A DNA stretch of 62,717 bases, counting the filler, from Folioceros fuciformis (Eukaryota), in assembly GCA_049999805.1 (NCBI GenBank). It is 5 parts of 3 records of this genome, joined end to end, with 100 filler letters (N's around TTAATTAATTAA, not from the genome) between each part and the next. Parts side by side here need not be neighbours in the genome. Positions count along the whole stretch, not along the records: positions 47,273 to 60,389 come from JBNGIO010006339.1; positions 60,490 to 62,717 come from JBNGIO010006365.1; 3 more parts are not named here. One strand, 5' to 3'. This document shows, in pieces, positions 48,785-61,595 of the stretch (positions are counted from its first letter, which is position 1; every line of letters starts with the position of its first letter). The position numbers and the translations under genes are program-made. The notes under the pieces are model-generated. The model was not told the origin of the DNA and searched no databases. It saw only the letters and a program-made list of their open reading frames with translations.

Positions 48785-51780
48785 GGAAGATGGAAGATCC
48801 ATCTACCCCGTGATAAGGGGAACAACCCGCAATGGGGAAAAGCCAAGAATGAGTGTTAACCCCCTCATTCGTCTAGCCTGAAACTCCCTATAGCCCCTAA
48901 GATGTCACATTCAGGTATGAAGTATGACCTACTAACCACCGGGGCCGTTGAAGCCGTATCCGCCGCGCTTGATGTCGTCCGAAAAATCGTTGTTTGCCAA
49001 GGTCTTTTGTAGCATAATCGAAACCCGTTGCCAGAAAAATGCCACCACGCCGAATAGAGGAAGCCCTACGCCGCTCCTACTGATGTGATGGACCTTTGCG
49101 CATGTCTTCAAAAACCTGGAAAAATCCTTACCCATGGCCCGATGCGTTCTAAAAACTGTGTCGGCCATTGCTCTTTGCAAAGCAATGGGTATGTGTTGTT
49201 GAAAGAAGACCACCATAGAGGACATCATAAATTAAGCATAAATCTTACACACGATCTTTTGTTTCTATCGCTTTCTTAATTCACTACTTGCTATGCATAA
49301 CCAACCCCTATCTACACATTTCCTGCTCTTCGCCCACACACATTATTATTCTTGTTGCTTCATTTCAACTTTGAATTCTTTTGATATTTCAATCCTTTTG
49401 CCATTCCAATTAGATGTACTCTATCCATCATCACCCTTTCCTCCATTTACAAGCTCAGTCTATTCAAGGTGGCTATTATTTTTAAAGCATTAACTCTTGA
49501 TGGTGAAAGCTCTATGTCATTTAGAGTAAATGGCCTGCTATGATTCATCATATTACTTGGTTGTGCAGGACTTGGACGTTGCACTTGTGGTTGATGGTTT
49601 CTTGATCCAATATGAGGATTCCTTTGCAACATTTCCAAATACCTTTCATATTCATAATCCAAGAAGTTATCTAGTCGTTCATTCGTTGCTTTCAACAATT
49701 GAAACATTCTGGTTCTCATTTTTCTCTTTTTGAAGGGACGGACTAACTCCAATGGAATATCCAAGATGGGTTGGCCTGCCTCCGGTGGAACTTCAAAAAC
49801 ATCACGCTTGCGTTTCAAATATTGCTGCAAGAAGACAAACAAGGTATTACGACATTGTACGATTTAAATTAAAAAGTGCACAAAAAATAAAAACAAAGCT
49901 AGAAAGAATATCAATCCACTTGTTGCTATGTGAGCATGATATGGCGCACACTTACCTTGAAACAAGGCGAAAATGAAAATGCAGATTTAGCATAGTCATA
50001 ATTTGCCTGAGTCCTTTCCCGCTTGGCAAGGCTAGGTAAATCCTCCGATGCTACATCATCTTCCTCGCTCCGCTTCCGTTTCAAAGATGGCTGTAAGAAG
50101 TGAAATAATGTTATTACACGACATAGTTAAAGTAATAAAATTAATTTATCGATTATGAAAGTGTGTGTATATATATAAATAAATAAAAATAGTAATAATA
50201 ATAATAATAACTTACCCGTATCCTTTGGAGTTCAGAGGGGCCATATAACTCCTGTGGGACAGGTTCACTCTCTTCCAAAGATGCCTATAGGAATGCAAAG
50301 ATAAAATATCATTATGTTGCATAGTTAAACTACTAAAGTTAATAGACATATCTCTAGAAATAGTAAAAGCAATAGAGAGATATCTAGAAGTACTAAAATC
50401 AAAAGAGAGATATTTACAAGTGTAAACTCACTAGAGAGTTATGGAGAATTAAGTAGTGCGAATTGCATGAAAGAAGATACAAAACCAAACAAAATAAGAT
50501 CCGTTTTTGGCAATGACAATGTTATGTTAAGCACATATACCTGAATAGGGAGAGAGAATGAAGATGCTTGCTGGTCTGCTGCGTGCTCCTTGTGTTGTGA
50601 GGGCCTATAATATGCCTAGAAAAGGGAAACAACATATTTTAAATAAGGACCGTTAATACACAAATATTAAGCTAGAAGAGGATTTCTAGAGACCTTAGGG
50701 AGTGTGAAGACACAAATATTAAGGCAGTAGAGGTTAGGAATATTAGGTTATTCCGTTAGGAATATTAATACATGAGAGATTAAGATAACAAAGGATGTCT
50801 AGAAACCTTACCCTTCGAAAGAATCGAACTACATGAGATAGAAGCGTTATGTCGAATTTGCTCATGAGTTCTAGAAAGTTCATTGTCGGCAATGGAAGCT
50901 TCATGTTGAATTTGCTGATGAGTTCTAGAAAGTTTATAGTTGACAATAAAGCCTATAGGTGGCAATAGTGTACGAGATACACGACACGCATAGAAATGGG
51001 GTACTCAACACGAGGATAAGCACACAAAAAAAGTATAGGGTTAAGATTAGGGTTTAGAAAGTTTATAGTTGACAATATAGCCTATAGGTGGCAGCAGTGT
51101 ATGAGATACACGACACGGATAGAGATGGGGAACTAAGCACGAAGATAAGGACACAACAAAAAGTATACGGTTAAGCACTCTTATATACTGACACACTTAT
51201 ATACGCATATATAGTAAGTCTTAAGTTGTAAGTCCGTAAGACCGAAGCCATACTATCTCGGTACTAAGTCCATACATAGCAATTAGTAAACTTACTCAAT
51301 ACGTCATCCCCTCCATTGCACTCACTCCTCTCCTTTCCCCTTGAAAGCATTATCCCCATCCTCTCTCTCTACCCTTTCCTTCAATTGTAATATAAAATAC
51401 ATAAACTAGGTGTCATGTTTCTTCGTGATTGATGGTCTTTTTTGGCAAATGCTATATTTGTATTTCACTTTCTAACATGTCCTGCAAATTTGGCATGCTT
51501 CGAGGCTTTACAAGGATGACCAAATTGCACACATGGTGAATATCTTGGTTTGGTGTCAAGCATTCTCTTTCGAGGGACCGTACCTCAAAGTATTTAGCCC
51601 TGTGAACATGTTTCTTGTGTTCAACTTTGTTGCAAAAGAATTGCTGTGAATCTTGTTGTTGCTATGGGTATTGCTAGACGGTTGAAGCTCTAGGGGCCTT
51701 GCTATGACGTCCTTGTACATTTTGCTGCTAGTGATGCAAGTGTGTCATTCACTACTCACAGCAGAAGGGCAGCCTAGGCA

Positions 51781-52227
51781 ATGGCACTACAATTCTGTAG
51801 GGAGTAGTGGCGAAAGAGCAGGTTTTACGCAACAGTTTGTGAGCATCAGCGGGGGGATCGATGAATCGGCCGATCCAGAAGAATGGGGTGTGGTCGATTG
51901 AGATGCGTGCAAAAGCTACAAGCAAGCTGGCCTCAAAACAAAACCCAATTAAGATACAGCATATGTGTAGAGCGTTTGCGATGGCACATTTCTGAGAAAA
52001 TACGCAACACCCAACTCACCTTGAATAGGGGTTCATCCGTTCGTCCTCTAAACGTCTGAGTTCTAGCCCTGTCCCCCATTGTGGGATGAGGATAGGTCAG
52101 TCTTCGGTGGGCGAGCCAGAACATGAAAGAGGTCCGAAAAGCATGCCATGGCCATTTCGATATTGACCAAGATTTTTAGTCAAAAGTTTCTCGTGTCACA
52201 TCCTTCTGTGAAGCCCAGATGAGTGTG
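51781..52227. repeat. Diverged direct repeat, copy 2
   Basis: Partner of 47273-47707. Confidence 0.9.
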
Positions 52228-54039
52228 AAGGGCCGCATCTCTGAAAATGAGCTATACCCAGCACGCCAGCCTCTTGATGAGCTCCATCTCGGGAGGGGTG
52301 TCCGTGGAGAATGCTCTCACTGCGAATGAACATTATCCCTTACGCACTCCACAGTACAGGTTGGTGTACTGTATGTGCTTTTTGTGTACAACATACTCAA
52401 AGAATCGAACGCTCGCACGAAAGCTTTCTGTAGTCTCCAACCGACGAGTCTGTGATTGTATACAAACATTTAGGTCACCGAACTCACTCACGTGCCAAGC
52501 TAAAGTGTTCCATGGAGAGGTGGCCGTCCTGGCCTTTAGGCGATCAGCTTGAACCCTGGATGGCCACCTCCATGAAGATAGTCGCGACTACCAAATCGTC
52601 CTTAACTCAGGGACCTCTTTCCTGCCGCATCACCTGCCCCAACCACACGGTGCCTAACCGTCAGTCTTGAGAACGACGTCCATGACCCTGCCAAACATCC
52701 AGCTACCCGCAAGACCTGCAGACAAAATCCTACGAATTGGACAGGACACCATCACACAGTCACAGTCCTACCAAACAATGATGAGCCGCGGTTCGTGAAG
52801 TAGGCCGCCGAGCAAGCAGATATGCTTGAATATCAAAACTCATGCGGCTGTCGAGGATCGGGTGAGCCAAAAGATATCGAGCCAAGGCACAAACTCTTCA
52901 TGAGTATCGGAAACCTAGGCGGGACCCGGTCAATTCCTGTCCACAGTAACGCACTTGCTTCCAGTCCCAGGTCGTCTCGAAGAGGACATGAACACACCAT
53001 TTGGCGACGGGGTTGGAGTTACGCTGTCTCACAAAACCGAGGTCCCTGGATTATGCACACGCACATGTGCACTTCGGCGGGAACGTCCTGACAGTGTAAA
53101 ACTTGGATGTTTGTCGTAGTTACATTGACCAAGCGGGTGCACAAAGCGCGAAAATTGTACGCTGCTCCACTCACGGTGGCAGTAATCGAGTCGTCTGCAA
53201 AGTGTGTATCTACAGTACAAACCATGGTTGGTATGGCTTCCCGACCTTCCCGTGGTATGGCTTCCCGACCTTCCCGTCTATCTCATGGTCTTTGGGACAT
53301 GCCCTTGTTGTCCTCGTCAGATTTGCAGTGCGTATCCCTTACAAGCGACGTTGTCGAGGCAGCTTCAGGACAATTCCAGGCGGCCATTGCCCCTAATCCC
53401 TGCCTCATTTGTAGGAAGACTCACACAATCAATTATCCCTTGCCTGTTTGCCGGGGCCTTTTTGTCCAAATCTGAATACCAGAATGTGCTCCATGCTTTT
53501 TCCTCGCAATGTTTGGTGGTGTGCGTTCTTGAACCTTTTAGAGCTAAGGCTGGTTTCCACGAATGTACAGGCGCTGAGAGGACTCAGTTGGGAGAGGATC
53601 CATCGTCAATGTCGTGACCCCAAAGACAGGTGAGTGTCCCTTGAGTTTCCAGTTTTTCCGGGAACTGCTGCTGTCAGGACTGTACGCCAGCGCAGGCAGG
53701 ATCCACAAGCTTTCTCGAAATAAAAAAGAAGCTCCATTACATGTCTTATGAAATGGCCGAGTGTATAAAGGTACAAGCAGTCTAGCGGTGGTTGCGTTAC
53801 TGATGGTTGTGATGCGGATACTGACAACGTCTTCTCCCGCTGCCTGGTCGTGAGCAGGTTGCCAACAACCCATTCCGTGTCAAAACTTCACTTTACTACT
53901 GTCCAGCGCCATCGAGACCAATCACTACCAGTATGGGGTCCATCCTTGTAAGTTATTGTTTGTACGTTTACCTTGCTGTGGCTGGGCACGCTGGCCCTCC
54001 TCGTGTGTGGCTTGGGCCTGCTGGCAGAGTGCCTGTCCT

Positions 54040-54210
54040 TGTGTGAGGTCTGGGCATGCTGGTAGCTTGTCCTGCCTTGTGTGAGGTCGGGGCATGCTGG
54101 CGTCCCTTGAGAGGTCTTGGCATGCTGGCGTCCCTTGAGAGGTCTTGGGATGGTGGCGTCCTTTCAGAGGTCTTGGGATGCTGGCGTCCCTTGAGAGGTC
54201 TTGGCATGGT
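54040..54210. repeat. ~29-bp tandem repeat
   Basis: gcatgctggcgtcccttgagaggtcttgg units from ~54092, with degenerate upstream copies. Confidence 0.75.
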
Positions 54211-54908
54211 GGCATATGGGTTCTTTCCTCTCTACTTTTCGGGCATTTGGAGAATCGTTGCTATGGACTTAACGCAGGTGAAGCCCGATGGTTAATCACA
54301 TGAACAAAGCTTCCCACATCCCAAGGTGGGGCTGAAAGGTGAACTGAAACCAGATCCTGGGTTTACCAGATTCATGACATTACCAGATACTATATGTATC
54401 TTTTCCTCGGGGTATCTTAGACCGCACTTGGGGTCACGTGAAGGGAAGGGTGTATCTGGCTCTCTCTTCTTGGAGGCTAGCTGCTGAACGTGGAGGGGTG
54501 GTCGCGGATTCCCATCATCCTCCAGGGTCCACCCTCGTGTTGTGCCCCTCGGTGATGATACACTGTATGCAAAGTCTGGCTCTCATTTGTCCGTCTGCCC
54601 TCCAGCCCACTATAGGCTGTGTTGTGTTGCCTGTCCCGTTCTCCTTCCACCTGCGGATCTTTCGCTGTTCTGTTTCTGCCATGTGATTGCATCTGCCTGC
54701 ATCTCACAGTTGCTGTGTCCCAAACGAACGAACTTCGTTCCAAGGGGAGACAACAAGGAGTGGAAACTGGTACGCAGGACCGATATATTATTATTATTCC
54801 GATTATTAATATTATTATTGACTAGGGTAGCAAACTAGGGATTCCTGTCACACATGCAGCAGTAAGCCGCGATGCCAAACGCAGCAAGAGCAAATCAAAG
54901 AATCAAAG

Positions 54909-55388
54909 CTAGTCACTTCCTTTCGGCAGCAGAGAACCAAGGGCATCCGCCACGGTCCTAAGCGCGGCCTCCTCTTCCGCGTCGAAGGGATCCAGAACAT
55001 CACTATCCACATCAATCTGGCCGAGGATGCGTCCCTCCTTGTCCCGAATGAGCACCACCAACTCGCTCTTGGTGAAAAGATTGCACGCAATGTAATTAGC
55101 GCGGGCAGCAACATCACCGACGTTCTGGTCTTCGCCTTCAGCAACTGCCGTGCCGCATACTCCACAGCCGACCGCGATTCTTTTGTGCTCCGTCTCCCGG
55201 CCACTGAAAGCCTCCAGCACCAGTTCCTTCCCGTCCCTGTTCAACATGTAGAGGTAAACAGACGTGTAGGGACTCCCCGCGTTGCGCACGGCGTCGGCTG
55301 TCGCCTGGAGCATCTCCTGCCGGGACTCAGATTCCTTGGCACATAACTGCAAAGACTCGATCACTTTTCCAGGTTGAACAATGGGCAT
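54909..55388 (-). CDS. msrC: Stand-alone GAF-domain protein, free methionine-(R)-sulfoxide reductase (fRMsr/MsrC, type II)-like; intronless
   Basis: 159-aa ORF (alternative ATG at 55415) with YLYML..LVLEAFSGRETEHKRIAVGCGVCGTAV, GDV....NYIAC, TKSELVV and GQIDVDSD...FDAEEEAAL. These are the diagnostic fRMsr motifs (GVCG, [H/Y]IAC, SE[I/L]V, D[I/V]DS). Confidence 0.8.
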   Translation of the reverse strand: MPIVQPGKVIESLQLCAKESESRQEMLQATADAVRNAGSPYTSVYLYMLNRDGKELVLEAFSGRETEHKRIAVGCGVCGTAVAEGEDQNVGDVAARANYIACNLFTKSELVVLIRDKEGRILGQIDVDSDVLDPFDAEEEAALRTVADALGSLLPKGSD

Positions 55389-56299
55389 CTTGCCGCGCAC
55401 GATCGCCAGCAGCATCAGTTTCGGGAATAATGGCCCTGTCACGAGTCAATGCTGCGGCAGACCACCTCCCTTCTCCCTGTACGGTGACAGGGACGTGGGG
55501 AGGGCAGACCGGTGGACGGGGGACAATTCCTTGACATTTGTTTGCTTCTCCCATTTTTTTGAAGTTTCGAGCCCGTGCCTACTGACCCCCTTTTGTGAGT
55601 TGGTTCCTTAGCTTCACGTCAAAGACAACGGAAATCATGGTAGGTCCATATAGTGAACGAAGTCTAGAAAAGAGACGTACTGTATGTTCTCAGTCTATTC
55701 GGAAAAAGATTTTTAAATTATTTTGATATAATCTTGTACAGAAAAGAATATGAATCATTCAAAATAAACTAGTGGGGAAAAAAAAAAAATGCAAGTAACG
55801 CGTACAACCAAAACAGAGGTGGAGGGGCTAGACGTTTTTATAAATTTATTATAATAAAGAGATGATAAATCAACAAATATCAAGTCTACCATGGTTGACA
55901 TGAATATACAGCCTTGTAGGTTATTACGAAACAAGTATGATAATGGATGTGAATGGATAAGAAAAAACATGATAGTTTAATACAAATAAACATCTGGTTC
56001 CATTCAAACTCCATGATTAAACACTCCCTATAGGGGCTATATGGAAGGAAGGTAGGTAGGTAGGTATCTATCGCCTATGGACCGCAAACCATCCTAAGAG
56101 ACGTTCGAAGTTATGGAGGACTACTCGCAACATATGTATCTCGACTCGCTCTATTCTCGCCACAAAAACCTCCTAAGTTCGCGCTGGCACGTTGTGTGCC
56201 TGGATTTGTAACTACCAACGACCTAAGAGCTCAGATTCTCCAAGCTCGCTCGTTTGCAACCGAGATCTGCGAGTTGCTCGCTTGATTTGCATGCGTGAC

Positions 56300-57529
56300 T
56301 CACGACCAGCTATGATATTGCGAAGGTTTGTTGAATGAAATGTAAGAAGACGAGGAACGGAACATGGCGTCGTCCCCCTCACCATCTGCGGTCGTCCAGG
56401 AAATGTAGTTGCTATGCCTGAATCCTTGGCTCTCGTCGGTGCACACCGACGATGTGAGAACATTTTGGCCTTTGAGGCGCTGAGCCTGCTGCTGCGCAAA
56501 TTCGTGCTCCCTCTGATTGTCGGCGATGCGGTGAGGAAAGTTGAGCAGAGCGCGGGCTCCCCGCATTTTGAAAGCAGCTCGGTCGTATGCGCACGCTGCG
56601 TCTTCCGCAGTGTCGAAAGTGCCGAGCCACACCCGTGCTCCCTGGTTCTTCGAGTCCCGGATCTCGGCAGCAAATTTGCCCCAAGGTCTTCTCCTCACGC
56701 CCCGGTAATTCCTTCCAGGGGAGCTGCGGGGAGGACAGGTATCGCCGTTGTTATCGTTGTTCTTGTTGCTGTTGTTGTTGTTGTCCTTGTGTTGCACTGG
56801 CGTATCCCTCCGCAGCTCCGGCTCCTCGCTATAGCCGATGCTGTCCTGCAGTGGCTGCACACATTGATTCATCATGGCGTGCTCTTCCTCTCGGTTGCAC
56901 TGGTCGGCCGGAGCTTGGAAATTGTCCATCCGAGCCGCACCTTCGCATGGGAGCGGCAGCTGCCAGTAGCAGTGATCGGATGCCACGGTTGCAGAGCTCG
57001 GCCTGGCAGCAGTCTGTGACACCGATTCCTCCATGGCCTTCATCAATCTCTGGAACTTCTGCTTCACCTCCTGGCTTGTCTGGCTTCCGACCTTGAGCTT
57101 CTTGGCCGCAACCATCCATGCGGGAAACGCAGCTCCTCTGCTCGGGCTGCTCTCCGCGTCGCTGGAGAGAGCGGAGGAAGGCGAACTGTACGGGCTAGCA
57201 CTTGCCCCGGCATTGGAGCTCCCGCTGCTGTCCAGGATGATTTGCGCTACCCGCTGCAGCTCGTCGGGAGTGGCGGGTCCTTGCAGTTTCCCAGGCTGTG
57301 GGCTGATCCACATCTCCGAGCCGGAGACGCTACTGGTGCCGGACTCCCCGCTCGCGTACTGACTATCCTCCAGCAGCTGGTTGTAGAAGTAGTTGAGACA
57401 CTCTCTCTCTCTCACGCCCTGGCTCTGATACAGCTCGGCTCGCTTCCTCTTGGAAAGCTCGTCCCCCGAGTCCCCCAGACTCCACTGGCAGGAGCTCATC
57501 TCCAGAATTCCGTTCCCTTCCAAGGACAT
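56300..57529 (-). CDS. ERF: AP2/ERF transcription factor (ERF subfamily), intronless
   Basis: Single AP2 domain [60 protein letters not shown] with the ERF-type AAEIRD signature, preceded by a poly-Asn tract. Confidence 0.92.
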   Translation of the reverse strand: MSLEGNGILEMSSCQWSLGDSGDELSKRKRAELYQSQGVRERECLNYFYNQLLEDSQYASGESGTSSVSGSEMWISPQPGKLQGPATPDELQRVAQIILDSSGSSNAGASASPYSSPSSALSSDAESSPSRGAAFPAWMVAAKKLKVGSQTSQEVKQKFQRLMKAMEESVSQTAARPSSATVASDHCYWQLPLPCEGAARMDNFQAPADQCNREEEHAMMNQCVQPLQDSIGYSEEPELRRDTPVQHKDNNNNSNKNNDNNGDTCPPRSSPGRNYRGVRRRPWGKFAAEIRDSKNQGARVWLGTFDTAEDAACAYDRAAFKMRGARALLNFPHRIADNQREHEFAQQQAQRLKGQNVLTSSVCTDESQGFRHSNYISWTTADGEGDDAMFRSSSSYISFNKPSQYHSWS

Positions 57530-58748
57530 GATAAGGCTTTTGATCCGCTTCAGGACTTACTGCAATTGGAGCGCTCAAATGTTGCGACCGCTACTGTCAA
57601 AAGAACAATGCTGATTCCGTGACTCTATCTCATACAAACTGTCAGCAATTGGACTCCAATTGCTGCAAATCAAACGGCTCTATCGAGCTCAAATGCAGTC
57701 TGAAAGAACAGCAATTCACTTCCAATGGAATCTCGATCTCCAGCAATCGGAATGTTCCGAAACTACTAGACTAAGTGCTACAACAGCAATGCAAATTCCA
57801 ATCTGATCCCGGCCAGGAGCAATTGGCCGTGTTGAAATGCAGGTGGCACTGGCGCAACAGCGATTCTACTTCCAAAATCACAGCTTCAAATTCATCCAAG
57901 GACTTTGAGGAAAATCTGAATGCTTCCCTCCCAAGAAAAGAAAGAAACGGGACAGCAACTCAACAGAGCCTCAGGCGCGGCACAAGACCTTCTGAGCTCA
58001 CAAAGTTTGCAACCTCATTTCAAGAGCTCAAGCATTGGCAAGCATCGCCAAGATGGAAATGGGTGCAGAACGGAGCGCTGGGGTCAGAGCCAGGAACGAC
58101 AAAGGAGGGGGGGTCAGAACTTGCGATGTATGACAAGTCTGGCATGAGACACGGGTTCTCCTTAAGAAATATACGGGCCACATGGAGGCTGAGGTTTTCT
58201 GCATTGACTCCATGATTTTGTTGTCTTTGTTTACAAAAGAAGAAGAGGACACTGGGCGTGCTCAGGGGAGGGAGGGCACAGGTTGAGTCTCCCGCCGTAA
58301 GAAAGCTGAGGGGGACGTGCAGCTGCTGACCAGGACCGCCACCCACCTTCTCGGCACCTCCCACAAGGAGTCCAACTAGACGGGGACGGGCACTGAAATT
58401 CTTGAGTGGCTGCCGCGGAACGGGACTGATCGGCAGGCAGTGGAGCGTTCCGTCCGCAGGAACAGGTTTCCGTTCAGGTGGATGCTTCATGGAATCTCCC
58501 CTTCCGGGTCCTTTGGGATCTGAGTTCAACGATGGCGTCCCGACATGTCAGACCCCTCTCGGTCCTTCGCAACAGAACTGCAGTTTGCCAGATAGTCATT
58601 GACGATTGGAACTTGGGAAGCCCCTCCTGCACATCTACCACCATGAGGCAGTGCCTCCCCCTAGCGGGTGTCTGGGACCATAGATTGTCGTTGCGTCAGT
58701 GCACGGGCACCTGTGGAAGCCCACCGCCTGTTGAGGAAACTGTTTAAG

Positions 58749-60200
58749 TTACTTGCTACTGCTGGGTTTCGGGAGGCAAGAAAAACGGAATGAAATGGAA
58801 GCAGCAGTACTCACAGGGACGGAGAGAAGCAGGCCTGAAGATGACACCAGAGAAGGCAAACCCCGTCGAGCTGGAAGAGGGACTTGCTTCAGTGCACGGA
58901 GGGCTGCCCTGGCCCTACCTACTGTGTACGACGCACAGGAGGCCATGTTGGGTCCATGACAGTGACATGTAGGCAGATGAAGCCCGGTGTTAGGCGTACG
59001 AACCCCGTCCGCGGGAGTCGCGGCACCAATCTGAGAGAGATAAATCCAGTCTTTCTCCTGGAACGGGCGTACCTGGGCAGACTGATTCTTTGCAATCCAG
59101 TCGCACGGAGACGCGTCAACCTGAGGGACGCCTGCTCGTGAAGCCAAAGTCACCCAGAACCTGTCCCAAATGTAGGTTGCGTCTCCCAGCCGTAGCTCTT
59201 GGTGGCCGAAGATCTCTACTGTTGAATGAGGGGTCTTCGGGGAGTTCAACATGTCCTTCGAAGTTTCAGTGGTAAGAGTCTCTAGTGATACCTTTGAGGC
59301 GTCTGAGATGAGCCCCAGGCTCCTCGCCTTCTCTAGTATGCTGCTGTGGCTGCCTGGCAACCTGGTCTCGGAGAGAAACTTGGGTTCTGAAGTCATGTCT
59401 TGCGTGGATCGGGAGACCTCCGACAGAATCTCTGCCTTGCGCTGCCTTGCTTTGTTGAGCACGTCACATGCAGCCGCGCTGCCCAGTGTGCCCAGGAGGG
59501 GTGGACGTTGTCTGAAGGGTGACAAGACTGGGTATGTGCTGTCAGGGGACCAGGTGAACATCACTACTGATCCCTTGGTGCCTGGAGAAGCACATATGAA
59601 GCATCCTCCTGCTTCCAAGGCTCCCTGCAGCAGTCACCAGATTATGCGTGTTGCAAGCTCTGCGCTTGTTATGACGAAAGCAGGAGCGTGATTTGAAGGT
59701 TGGCAAACTGGACCACACCTTCATCCTGCCTCCACGCATCTTGTCAAGCAAAGTTTGCACAATCCTGCCTCGCGGAGGTTTCTCCCTCTGCCCCACATAC
59801 TGTAACCATGCCGAGCCAGTGCCCTGGGTGCGTAAGACACGTCCAAATTCATTACCTCTGAAACAGGTGTTGCGGACCAAGGTGAGTACCTGCCTGGAGG
59901 ATTGCCACCACCACCCTGAACTGCACTGGGGAGTCTGCATTACTCGCTGCAAGTTTTCCGATATCTAGAGTGGCATAACCGAACTCCTGCCGAAACAGAT
60001 GTTTGGTACCCCATGTCAACAGGTGGGTGACAGACACACACTGACCCAAGTTACACCGATTATAGCCATCAGGTGTTACCTCAGAGATTTTCACAGCTTC
60101 TGAAAGCAGTTTGTCTCTGGCCCTATCCAGAATTCCCCGTGTTTCTCGACAAGAAATAATAAAATTGGCCAACTCTTCCTTGAAAACTACCCCACAACAG
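58749..60200 (-). CDS. Uncharacterised multi-exon gene (partial model)
   Basis: A 289-codon ORF (58749-59618) plus upstream exon-like blocks with GT/AG boundaries (EELANFIISCRETRGILDRARDKLLSEAVKISE; EFGYATLDIGKL). Family not recognised and exon joins unresolved. Confidence 0.4.
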
Positions 60201-61424
60201 AATCTAAAATGAGGAGTCGTCATGATGCTATCTATCCTAACTACCCAGAAGAAGATACATAAGGTTATCCAGACAGTACATAATTTCAAACCACATTATC
60301 AAGAAAAAAAACGAAGTTATCCATCCAGAATATCCGGAAAGAAAGCGCGTGAGAAAGAGAGAGAATTGATACCAGGAGGCGCCTTACTCNNNNNNNNNNN
60401 NNNNNNNNNNNNNNNNNNNNNNNNNNNNNNNNNTTAATTAATTAANNNNNNNNNNNNNNNNNNNNNNNNNNNNNNNNNNNNNNNNNNNNTTCCGGATGAT
60501 CATTTCTGCATGAAGGCTGCTGAGATGGAGAGTCTGACCCTGCAGCGAAATCGCACGGTCTGGCGAAGAGGCCGGGACCGGGGACTGTGGGGACGACCTG
60601 GAATGCATGAAGACTGGTGGTGGTATTGCCTGCCTGGTCCAAAGGGAGCTCGGTCCTCGCAGCCATTTGCGAGCTGTGACGGAGCCTCGCAGATCTGCGA
60701 CTCCGACTGGTGAGTCCTTGGCTGCATAATGACTGCAAAATGTTGTTGAAATTCTGCACCGTTGTTCAAGATTGCGATCTTGAACAACGACCTGATGCGT
60801 AGCTGAATTGCAGTGAAGCCAACAGATGTGAGGGAAGAAATCCTGGCCGATTCTTCGTATAAATGGGAAAGCAGGGGCTCGTCACGGCAGGTTGAATGGA
60901 ATTCTGTGACACACGGTCCTGCGTTTTGGAAATGTGGTGGTTTCACTTAGCAATTTCAGCACTCAATCGATGTGTCAGCGGTGCAGGAGCTTGGCGACTC
61001 GTTGAGCAGCAGAAGAAGAGAGCGCGTCTGGGATGACGCGCAGCTTTTCCGTATGCATGGGCTAGCGCAGGCCCGCCCGCGTGATGGACGTCATATTCGG
61101 GATTCTCGTGAATCTGGACCTTGCAAGTCTGGTTTGACGCATTCAGTGCTTGGATGAGATTGCAGATCTCACTTTTGTTGTTCGGGAGAGCTCGCAAGTA
61201 TCAAGCTCAGAGCATGAGCAAGCTGGCACGCTTGTTTTGACGAGGTTGATTCTTGCAGGATGAAGGAGGATTTTGGACGTGGAGTCTGGAGTAAATTGTC
61301 TCAGACTGAGTGGGGACGGGTTTGTGAGTCTGTGCTGGCCTTGGAACTCCTGGTGCAAGATGATGAATATGTTCCAGATTCTGTTTTCTGTCGGGTTCTC
61401 ATCGACTTGAGGTCCAAATAGACT

Positions 61425-61595
61425 TGAAGGTACAGCCTTTCCTTGTTCTTGCATAATACTGTGAAGGTGAAGAGCCCTTTCCTTGTTCTTACATAACACT
61501 GTAAAGGTGAAGAGCTTCTTGCCCCAAGCCTTGCTGTGAATATCCTGAAATGAAGAACAGTCCGTGTCACCACATCTTTGTGATGAAGTCCATTG
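61425..61595 (-). pseudogene. Isolated PLS-PPR motif relic with internal duplication
   Basis: GLHHKDVVTRTVL / ISGYSQQGLGQEALHLYSVM*EQGK / ALHLHSIMQEQGKAVPSS matches DGLHHKNVVTWNAMIGGYSQQGIGDEALRLYSAMQEEG. Confidence 0.65.

Noticed and set aside
47273-52227. Direct repeats as the LTR pair of a retrotransposon, or as the 3' LTR of the copia element
   Set aside because: No TG...CA termini, PBS, polypurine tract or gag/pol between them, and no match upstream of the copia PBS.
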